Assembly (NCBI RefSeq): GCF_001644705.1
Contig: NZ_CP015137.1
Span: 3,240,001 to 3,272,000, forward strand
Reading direction: 5' to 3'
DNA from: Dickeya solani IPO 2222
GTDB lineage: Bacteria; Pseudomonadota; Gammaproteobacteria; Enterobacterales; Enterobacteriaceae
Length of the DNA: 32,000 nucleotides
Made by a program: the position numbers and the translations under genes. How positions within the stretch are numbered: position 1 is the stretch's first letter; each line of letters starts with the position of its first letter. Positions 21,809-28,712 of this stretch are shown here, in pieces. Below the pieces are notes generated by a model. The model was not told the origin of the DNA, searched no databases, and worked only from the letters and a program-made list of their open reading frames with translations.

Positions 21809-22920
21809 TATCGCATCCTCTGTCCCGGCGTAATGTGTTGTCCTTCCGTGATCTTATCGACGCCGGAAACAACGACTTTTTCACCAACATTTATTCCCTG
21901 CAGGACCCGGATATAGCGTGCGTTAAGTGACGGCGGATCGGTCAGAATTGATTTCAGCGAGACGGTATTTTTCTCGGGATCAATCGTCCAGACCTGCGCA
22001 CGACCATCAATCTCATTCTTTTGATACAGCGACTGTGCAGGTAAAACAACAATGCCGGATTTGGTATTGGGACTATCCGCGCATACTGTTACCAGCGCGC
22101 CGATCTTGAAAACCATTGGTGCGTTATCTATGGCGATTTTTACCCTGTGTGTTCGGGTACTGGAATCCGCTTCCGGACCCACTTCCCGAATCACACCGGT
22201 GGTACGTATTGTCTCGTCAAGTTGTAGCGACACTAAAAAGTGAGAATCTGAAGATATAGCAGGAAGTTTTGATGCAGGGATATCGATGACGACATCGCGT
22301 TGTTCGAGGCTCGCTAATGTCAGCACGGTTTGTCCGGCCTGGACAGTCTGACCAGTTTCTACCGCGGTGCTAGTAATAACGCCATCAAAATCAGCTTTCA
22401 ATCTGGTATAACTGAACTGTTCTCTGGCCTTATCGAGATTAGCTTGAGCTTTATCAACATCTGCCTGCGCTGTTGCTAATGCTTGTCTGGCAAGATCATA
22501 TTCTTCCTTACTGATGACCAACCTGGCGTTGAGTGCGCGTTTGCGTTGCTCCGTCAGTGCCGTATTCCTTAATTGTGCCTGCGCACTACGTAATTGAGCC
22601 TCCGCATTAATAACAGACTGTTGCTGGGGAAGGGGATCTATTTCGGCAAGGACATCGTCTTTGTGGACAATATCGCCAACATCCACTTTACGCGAAATAA
22701 CACGCCCCAATGTCCTGAACGCCTGTTCAGTTTCAATATGGGGTTGTATGATACCCGTAAAGACAGTATCGCTTAAAGGAGCCGCCTCTGCGGTAGTCCA
22801 TATTACTTGCCGTAAGGCTGTCTCTTTTTCTGAATGTCGGTCGCATGCTGAAAGTAAAATGCCTGTCATGATCAGCAGTGGAATAAATAGCAATCTGTAT
22901 CGGCTCATATTAATTCTCAT
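21808..22920 (-). CDS. Efflux membrane-fusion (periplasmic adaptor) lipoprotein, copy 2
   Basis: Lipobox LLSAC, then HlyD/AcrA-type lipoyl, coiled-coil (AQLRSAQAQLRNT...AQADVDKAQANLDKA) and beta-barrel regions. Alternative ATG at 22908, 1 nt after the upstream stop. Confidence 0.9.
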   Translation of the reverse strand: MRINMSRYRLLFIPLLIMTGILLSACDRHSEKETALRQVIWTTAEAAPLSDTVFTGIIQPHIETEQAFRTLGRVISRKVDVGDIVHKDDVLAEIDPLPQQQSVINAEAQLRSAQAQLRNTALTEQRKRALNARLVISKEEYDLARQALATAQADVDKAQANLDKAREQFSYTRLKADFDGVITSTAVETGQTVQAGQTVLTLASLEQRDVVIDIPASKLPAISSDSHFLVSLQLDETIRTTGVIREVGPEADSSTRTHRVKIAIDNAPMVFKIGALVTVCADSPNTKSGIVVLPAQSLYQKNEIDGRAQVWTIDPEKNTVSLKSILTDPPSLNARYIRVLQGINVGEKVVVSGVDKITEGQHITPGQRMR

Positions 22921-24025
22921 CCCAGGATACAGTCTGGCCTTCTCTCAAAAATCTGCCACCGTCAACAACAACCCATTCATTTGGTTGCAAACCCTTTGTG
23001 ACAATGAAATCTTCCGACCGATATTGCGCTACGGTGACTTTTCTCATTGATACCTCGTGATTTGAGGTATTGATAACCCATACAGCCGGATCACCATAAT
23101 TAGAATCCATCGATGTCCATGGCAGAGCGATGCCATTGCGGGCGTATTGATGAAATTTTCCCGTTATTGGCGTACCAAGTGGCCAGGGTGTTTCTTTCGG
23201 AAGTGATACCTTCACTCGAATAGTTCCGGTCGCGGAATCAATAATTGGCGATATCTCCCTAATCACTCCCATTGTTTGATATCCTGATTCATCGATAGGA
23301 TGAATACTCACCATTTTTAATGGCTCTCCATTGATGAAGTAAGCCTCAAAAACATTAAACACGGCATCTCTGACGCCATCGTGCGCTAGCGTTAAAACGG
23401 ATTGCGTAGCTGAAACCACCTGGCCGATCTCAATATTAAGAGCAGTAATCACACCGTCTGCATCCGCCTTCAGCATGGTGTTGGATAAATTATCCATTGC
23501 GGTAGCGAGGTCCGCCTGAGCTGAGGCAACACTGTTTTGTGCCGTAATCATATCCGTAAACGTTTGATCGTAATCTGCCTCAGCGATGACCCGAGCGGAT
23601 AACAATGTTTTATAACGCTGATAAGTAAGCGTCTTTCTCTGAAAGGTAGCCTGTGCTGACTTTAGCGTTGCCTGGGCATTCTTCATGTCCGCGCGCTGTT
23701 CAGTATTATCAAGTCGGGCGAGAATATCGCCAGCCTTCACCAGCGTGCCGATATTCACCCGCCGCTCTGTTACTTTCCCTCCAACTTTGAAGGAAAGCTC
23801 GGTTTGTATTTTTGCTTTGATTTCGCCTGTCACTTCGATATCCGGCTGGTATTCCGCCGAAGAGACTTGCATTGCGCGGACAGGGTGAATCGTGCCTGTA
23901 CTATCATTGTTTTGCCGATCACAGCCAGCGAGGATAGAGAGAAAAGCACAGCACAACCCGTAAGCTACACACTGAATACACCGCATCGCTAACGTACCCC
24001 CTGAAAAGAGAAATCTGCGATTCAT
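22910..24025 (-). CDS. Efflux membrane-fusion (periplasmic adaptor) lipoprotein, copy 1
   Basis: Lipobox ILAGC. Paralogous to copy 2 (GDILARLD..., coiled coil ATLKSAQATFQRK...ASAQADLATAMDNL, LKADADGVITALNIEIGQVV). AAGGGA lies upstream of the ATG at 24025. Confidence 0.9.
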   Translation of the reverse strand: MNRRFLFSGGTLAMRCIQCVAYGLCCAFLSILAGCDRQNNDSTGTIHPVRAMQVSSAEYQPDIEVTGEIKAKIQTELSFKVGGKVTERRVNIGTLVKAGDILARLDNTEQRADMKNAQATLKSAQATFQRKTLTYQRYKTLLSARVIAEADYDQTFTDMITAQNSVASAQADLATAMDNLSNTMLKADADGVITALNIEIGQVVSATQSVLTLAHDGVRDAVFNVFEAYFINGEPLKMVSIHPIDESGYQTMGVIREISPIIDSATGTIRVKVSLPKETPWPLGTPITGKFHQYARNGIALPWTSMDSNYGDPAVWVINTSNHEVSMRKVTVAQYRSEDFIVTKGLQPNEWVVVDGGRFLREGQTVSWDEN

Positions 24026-24038
24026 CTATCCCTTACGA

Positions 24039-24767
24039 TTAATGCTCCACCACAATTTCCGATAGCGGACGACGCCATTGTTCCTCTATCCGGGCATCGT
24101 CTGCGCGATATCCAAGGGCTATCACGAGCGGAATAACTGACTCATGCGGTAATCCAAGCAGCCGGACGATTTTCGTCGCTGAAAACCCTTCCATTGGGCA
24201 AGAATCAATCCCCCTTGCTGCTGCGGCAAGCATCAGCGTCTGTGCTGCAAATATGGCATTTCGGGCAGCCCAATGACGGCTCCCTGTATGTCCGATGGGA
24301 AGTAATGATAAACCCGGATTAAACAATGAAATAATATTGATCAACGGGGTCCACAATGCTGAGGAGCCTATTGTCAGTATTTTAATAAATTTTCCTATTT
24401 GCTTGCGATAATAATCTTTTGATTTTGGTTGTAATTTGGGTGAGTCTTCAATATAGGAAAGTTGTTTATTTGCCGTATTTCTGCCAATTTCAGGGCTGGC
24501 GACAACAACAATAATAGCTGCTGATGATTTTGCCGCTTTTTGTCCATTACAGGCTTCTGCAACTTGTGATTTTAATTCGGGTGTTTTAATCCAGTGAAGC
24601 TGGTACGGTTGAAGATTGCCGCTGGATGGTGCATAGCCGGCTTCGGTAAGTAATGCGGTGATGATATCATCGGGAATCGGAATATTACCGAAGTCTCTAA
24701 TAGCCCTGCGCGTGCGATTAGTTGTCTGAAAGTCGGCCCATAAATACGGGGTATCTTGCGTATGCAT
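24039..24767 (-). CDS. Nitroreductase-family (FMN-dependent) oxidoreductase, first gene of the efflux operon
   Basis: TNRTRRAIRDFGNIPIPDDIITALLTEAGYAPSSGNLQPYQLHWI is the classic nitroreductase N-terminal pattern (R-x-S/A-x-R-x-F ... APS-x-x-N-x-QP). C-terminal GIDSCPMEGF. The stop lies 13 nt before the MFP-1 start. Confidence 0.85.
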   Translation of the reverse strand: MHTQDTPYLWADFQTTNRTRRAIRDFGNIPIPDDIITALLTEAGYAPSSGNLQPYQLHWIKTPELKSQVAEACNGQKAAKSSAAIIVVVASPEIGRNTANKQLSYIEDSPKLQPKSKDYYRKQIGKFIKILTIGSSALWTPLINIISLFNPGLSLLPIGHTGSRHWAARNAIFAAQTLMLAAAARGIDSCPMEGFSATKIVRLLGLPHESVIPLVIALGYRADDARIEEQWRRPLSEIVVEH

Positions 24768-24799
24768 AAAGATAATTCCTGGTGAAAGTGTGATAACTC

Positions 24800-24824
24800 A
24801 ATTGGCAAATTAGATTTGTCAATT
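24800..24824. promoter_or_regulatory. Candidate TetR operator: 11-bp inverted repeat in the divergent promoter region
   Basis: AATTGGCAAAT (24800-24810) - TAG - ATTTGTCAATT (24814-24824), with one mismatch between the arms. The right arm carries TTGACA on the - strand (toward the efflux operon) and TTGTCA on the + strand, 17 nt before TATTTT (24839-24844), toward the TetR gene. Confidence 0.5.
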
Positions 24825-24895
24825 ACCTTGTGTGTTCATATTTTAAATAGTAAGCTTTAACTTTAATTTAATAAACTTATATTCTGGAGCACGGA

Positions 24896-25510
24896 GTGAA
24901 ACGCAGCCGACTCGTTGCCAACCCCAGAAAAACGCCTGTCCAGGCTCGTTCACGAGCAACTGTTGATGCAATAATTCAAGCTTCAGCTTACATTTTGAAT
25001 AGGTATGGATGGGAAAGTCTTACTACTAACGCTATCGCTGAGCGAGCGGGGGTTAACATCAGCTCCCTGTATCAGTTTTTCCCTAATAAAGAAGCTATTA
25101 TTAATGAGTTACAACGTAGGCATGCTCTTGAAATGCATAATGAGTTGCATGAGACACTCCGGTTGTTTCCTGAGCAGTCTTCTCTCCGGGAAGCCCTGAC
25201 GCTGATTGTCGAGATGATTGTCGATAAACATCGAGTTTCACCTGCTGTTCATAAGGCTTTGACGGAAGAGATACCGCTTACGGCACGACGCGTACTGGAG
25301 GATGAAGAAGAACTGCGTAAATGCTTAATCGATGGGTTAAAACCCTTTATGAAAAATGTTCCCGATCCCGAGTTTGCTCTTTATATTATCGGTACCGCAA
25401 CCCATGCGATCATACATCGTGTGACTGTAGATCGTCCGACTCTTTTGCATACGCAGCTACTGGTTAGCGAGCTAGTCACTCTTTTTGAGTTCTATCTGAA
25501 TCGACCGTAG
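24896..25510 (+). CDS. TetR/AcrR-family transcriptional regulator
   Basis: GTG start preceded by GGAG. The N-terminal HTH RATVDAIIQASAYILNRYGWESLTTNAIAERAGVNISSLYQFFPNKEAI is a canonical TetR signature. Divergent from the efflux operon. Confidence 0.9.
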   Translation: MKRSRLVANPRKTPVQARSRATVDAIIQASAYILNRYGWESLTTNAIAERAGVNISSLYQFFPNKEAIINELQRRHALEMHNELHETLRLFPEQSSLREALTLIVEMIVDKHRVSPAVHKALTEEIPLTARRVLEDEEELRKCLIDGLKPFMKNVPDPEFALYIIGTATHAIIHRVTVDRPTLLHTQLLVSELVTLFEFYLNRP

Positions 25511-25609
25511 CAGTTTTATGATGTGGGTCATCTGCAAAGCGCGATTTTTCGTGAACCGAACGCCATCTTTGCCTGATGCATCGCAAAATCATGCGCCGGC
25601 GACAGCGCA

Positions 25610-26455
25610 TTAGTCACGCAACGCCGATGGAACCACGCCGAAACGGCGGCGGAAAGCCGCGGTGAATTTGCTGTGGGATTCGTAGCCGACATCAAGGGCG
25701 ATGGCGGCGACCGGCCGATCCGACGACTGCAGCAGCACCATCGCCGCTTCCAGCCGGGTTTCCCGGACGCAGGCGGTGATGGTGTTGTCTTCCTGCGCCA
25801 GCCGGCGGTTCAGAGTACTGGCGGTGGTGGACAGCGCTTGCGCCACCCGGTCTGCCGACCAGTGGTCATAAGGACGCTGCGCCACCAGCCGCCGCACCCG
25901 TTCGCTCCAGTTCAGCGCGCCCGGCGGCATCAACACAATGCCGGACTGCTCCGCCAGTAAGAGTAAGACCTCCAGCACCCGGTGCTCGCTGAGCGCCGCT
26001 GAACCACTGACATCACTTAGCGCGTCGGCGGCGCGCAAAAACGCGGCCCCTATCGTGCGGCTGTCCGTCACTTTGGCCACGTTTCGCACCGGCTCCAGCG
26101 CGGTGAACTGACCGAAAGACTGGTAAAAGTGCGTTACCGTTTCAGGTTGCAGGCTCAGTATCTGCGCCACATAGCGCCCCTGTGGCGCCGGGTCGTTGAT
26201 CACATCCCATTGAGTGCCGCGCGGCAGGATGAACAATTCGCCAGGGGTAAAAGCGCGGCTACCTTCCGGCGTCAGCAGCTGTTTGGTTCCGGAAACGACC
26301 AGACCAATCAGGTCGGTACGCATCACCACCGTACGCAGCGTGTACTGACTGCGGGCAATAATCTGATGGGTAAGCGACGGGCCCGCAGGAGTATGACGCG
26401 GCACCGGCTCGGCCGAATGCGTCAGGGGCAGGTTGGGGTGGTCAGTCAGCGTCAT
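25610..26455 (-). CDS. AraC/XylS-family transcriptional regulator with an N-terminal cupin-like domain
   Basis: C-terminal double HTH ...ADRVAQALSTTASTLNRRLAQE...IALDVGYESHSKFTAAFRRRFGVVPSALR. The start is uncertain: the ATG at 26455 (MTLTDHPNL...) is preferred over the ORF-track start at 26560, whose extra 35 aa look non-native. Confidence 0.82.
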   Translation of the reverse strand: MTLTDHPNLPLTHSAEPVPRHTPAGPSLTHQIIARSQYTLRTVVMRTDLIGLVVSGTKQLLTPEGSRAFTPGELFILPRGTQWDVINDPAPQGRYVAQILSLQPETVTHFYQSFGQFTALEPVRNVAKVTDSRTIGAAFLRAADALSDVSGSAALSEHRVLEVLLLLAEQSGIVLMPPGALNWSERVRRLVAQRPYDHWSADRVAQALSTTASTLNRRLAQEDNTITACVRETRLEAAMVLLQSSDRPVAAIALDVGYESHSKFTAAFRRRFGVVPSALRD

Positions 26456-26639
26456 CCGGCATCCGTGGTGAAAATGGAACAGAGGTTGCGCGAGGCGGAA
26501 CAATGGGAATGGCGCCGGTGCGCTACCATTGGCAGCACAGTTCAGTCTGTGTCCTGACATTCATCCCCGATACTGCCGTCATGCACGGTATGGTGATGAA
26601 TGGCCAGCCAAGCCTACCATGAGTCACAGGAATACTACT

Positions 26640-27218
26640 ATGAAAACGGGTTTACCCCTGATTCGCGTCTGCACGCCGTTGCTCGCCGGTTTGTTTATGA
26701 CCGCTGCGGCGCACGCGGAGACCCTGACGCTCTCCAGCCCGACTATCGCCCCCAATAGCACGTTGCCAGCCAGCCTTGAGTTTAACGGTTTCGGCTGCAA
26801 CGGGGTGAACCAGTCTCCCGCCCTCAACTGGCGCGGTGCGCCGGCGGGTACTCAGAGTTTTGCCGTCACCGTTTATGATCCGGATGCTCCTACCGGCTCC
26901 GGCTGGTGGCACTGGATGGTGCTCAATATTCCGGCGAGTGTGAACGGCCTTGCCGCCAACGCCGGCGAAATCGGCGGCAAACGCCTGCCAGCCGGCGCGC
27001 GTCAGGCGCGTATCGACTACGGAGTGGAGGCCTGGGGCGGCGTCTGCCCGCCGGCGGGCGACAAACCGCACCGCTACATCTTTACCGTCTACGCGCTGAA
27101 GACCAAAACGCTGGATGTTCCTAAAGAGGCCAACCCGGCGCTCGGCGGCTACATGATTAACGCCAACACGCTGGCTAAAGCCAGTTTCACCGCTTACTAC
27201 GGCCGTCCGGCGCAGTAG
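26640..27218 (+). CDS. Periplasmic PEBP/YbhB-YbcL-family protein
   Basis: The ATG at 26640 (AGGA 10 nt upstream) gives the signal peptide MKTGLPLIRVCTPLLAGLFMTAAAHA. Family motifs follow: VYDPDAPTGSGWWHW and GDKPHRYIFTVYAL. Confidence 0.85.
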   Translation: MKTGLPLIRVCTPLLAGLFMTAAAHAETLTLSSPTIAPNSTLPASLEFNGFGCNGVNQSPALNWRGAPAGTQSFAVTVYDPDAPTGSGWWHWMVLNIPASVNGLAANAGEIGGKRLPAGARQARIDYGVEAWGGVCPPAGDKPHRYIFTVYALKTKTLDVPKEANPALGGYMINANTLAKASFTAYYGRPAQ

Positions 27219-27220
27219 CG

Positions 27221-27301
27221 TTATCTGGCTTCCCCCGATACCGGGCAAGAATCAGAAATGTTTGTCACCTGCTGAATATTGCCGCCCCCCAGATTATTCA
27301 T
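27221..27301 (-). CDS. Unsupported 26-codon ORF at the 3' end of the ycaO operon (MNNLGGGNIQQVTNISDSCPVSGEAR)
   Basis: ATG at 27301, TAA at 27221-27223, 25 nt downstream of the hydroxylase stop. No Shine-Dalgarno sequence. The ATG sits in the loop of the 27286-27309 hairpin. Listed only as a candidate substrate peptide to test. Confidence 0.12.
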   Translation of the reverse strand: MNNLGGGNIQQVTNISDSCPVSGEAR

Positions 27302-27309
27302 TCTGGGGG
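27286..27309. terminator. GC-rich hairpin between the convergent PEBP gene and the ycaO operon
   Basis: 8-bp stem CCCCCAGA (27286-27293) / TCTGGGGG (27302-27309) with an 8-nt loop. No T-tract on either strand. Confidence 0.4.
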
Positions 27310-27326
27310 AACGATGATGGTCTCGT

Positions 27327-28133
27327 TTATCGGGGGGAGTCGCTGATTTTTGCCAGAACGGGACCTAATAACCTGATTCCATGAACTTCGGCATCAGTGA
27401 GCTCAGGATGCAAAAGATTAATCAGTAAAATATCCCGATCACTATCAGAATGGTTGTAAACGTTATGGAGAAAACTATGATCGAAAAAAATAGACTTCCC
27501 TTCTTCCCAGCGCCGTTCTTCTCCCGCAACGATTAGGCCACAATCCTCAGGAATAGTAATGCCAAAGTGGCAGGTTATTTGCGCATTAGTCCAGTCATAA
27601 TGTTCAGGAAGCCAGGCTCCGCCTTTTAACCGCATAAAGGTGACTTCTCCTCTCCACGGGAAAAGCGTGTCTTCAAGTCTACCAATTAATTTTTTTAAAT
27701 TAGGGAAATGAATTATTTTTTCACTGAATTCCCCGCGACTCCAAAGTGAAATGGATGACCAGTCTTTCTCTGAAAGGTTTTTAAACAGAGTACTGGATGA
27801 ATACACTTTCAGCTGGCCAGTTGCAGCAGTGAATTCTTCTTTAATAGCATGAAAGTTTTCAGCCAATAGTTTAGCGACATGTGCAGTCGTTTCACTTGAG
27901 CTTTCATCAATCCATGGTCCATTACTCAGGCCGGGGAAAAACAGCAAACGTGGTTTTTGTAGCGGGTGTGATGGTTTGCTATGAGATTCACCCAACATTC
28001 CGGCCAGGAAATCGGACAATCGGCACGTAGAGTCAATGCCATAAATATCAGATAGCTGTGTGGTAATATCAGCAAATGATTGCTTGAGATATAGATTTAT
28101 TTCTGTTTTATTCATGTTGTTTATCCCTCTCAT
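27327..28133 (-). CDS. Aspartyl/asparaginyl beta-hydroxylase-family Fe(II)/2-oxoglutarate oxygenase
   Basis: GAWLPEHYDWTNAQITCHFGITIPEDCGLIVAGEERRWEEGKSIFFDHSFLHNVYNHSD follows the Asp_Arg_Hydrox/LpxO pattern (pH...lrxHlgLxxPexc...w.eGk...FDdsf.Hev.N) with both conserved His. The ATG at 28133 overlaps the GNAT stop (ATGA). Alternative ATG at 28115 is preceded by GAGAGGGA. Confidence 0.82.
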   Translation of the reverse strand: MRGINNMNKTEINLYLKQSFADITTQLSDIYGIDSTCRLSDFLAGMLGESHSKPSHPLQKPRLLFFPGLSNGPWIDESSSETTAHVAKLLAENFHAIKEEFTAATGQLKVYSSSTLFKNLSEKDWSSISLWSRGEFSEKIIHFPNLKKLIGRLEDTLFPWRGEVTFMRLKGGAWLPEHYDWTNAQITCHFGITIPEDCGLIVAGEERRWEEGKSIFFDHSFLHNVYNHSDSDRDILLINLLHPELTDAEVHGIRLLGPVLAKISDSPR

Positions 28134-28690
28134 CTTTCAGGGGTTATGTATGAATTCAGAATGTGATCCTGCCATGTCCCATTTATTTTTAAATAGGATT
28201 TGGCAAATCCTTCTCTCACAAACCCCAGACTTGCTAATATATTTTGGCTACGTATGTTTTCGGGGAGATGGTTAGCCATAATACGATGCAAACCATAATT
28301 TTCATGAACGTAGGCGATTGCACTTTCCAGCGCTTCACGCATCAACCCTTTTCCTTGGTGTGACTTATCGATTGAGAAGCCTAAATAACCAGCCTGGAAC
28401 ACACCATAGACAAAGTTTGTAAAATTAATGCTACCAACGATCTTATCTTCTCCTTTGATGGTGAAAACAAGCAATAGGCACTTTTTTGCTTTAAAATCAG
28501 GCTGAGAATCAGCAATGCGCTGCCTGATGCTGTCAAGTGAGAAGTAATCCTCAGTGCGCAATGGTTCAAATGGCGCAAAGTTATCCCTGTTTTCGACTAA
28601 GAAAAGTTGGAGTTGCTCGGAAAAATCCTCTGTAAGGCAGTAAACATCAGTCCTTGCAGTGGAAAATAATTTTGTTTTTTCTGTGCTCAT
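28130..28690 (-). CDS. GNAT N-acetyltransferase, RimJ/RimL-like
   Basis: From the ATG at 28690: ...FAPFEPLRTEDYFS...GSINFTNFVYGVFQAGYLGFSIDKSHQGKGLMREALESAIAYVHENYGLHRIMANHLPENIRSQNILASLGFVREGFAKSYLKINGTWQDHIL is colinear with E. coli RimJ (...[29 protein letters not shown]...HRIMANYMPHN.RS..LL.RLGFEKEGYAKDYL.IDG.W.DH.L). The ORF-track start at 28750 would overlap the MFS gene by 38 nt. Confidence 0.85.
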   Translation of the reverse strand: MSTEKTKLFSTARTDVYCLTEDFSEQLQLFLVENRDNFAPFEPLRTEDYFSLDSIRQRIADSQPDFKAKKCLLLVFTIKGEDKIVGSINFTNFVYGVFQAGYLGFSIDKSHQGKGLMREALESAIAYVHENYGLHRIMANHLPENIRSQNILASLGFVREGFAKSYLKINGTWQDHILNSYITPER

Positions 28691-28712
28691 GTTTCTTTTT
28701 CCGGTCACGTTA

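Noticed and set aside
24039-24767. The nitroreductase as a McbC/SagB/TfxB-like dehydrogenase partner of the YcaO enzyme. YcaO RiPP clusters often include a nitroreductase-fold dehydrogenase.
   Set aside because: It lies in a different operon about 2.6 kb from the nearest YcaO-operon gene, across the GC-rich AraC/PEBP block, and it is tightly coupled to the efflux genes. Its 242-aa size and N-terminal motif look like an ordinary NfsB/NfnB-type nitroreductase. TfuA-type YcaOs make thioamides, not azolines that need oxidation. Only a sequence-similarity network could fully exclude a link.
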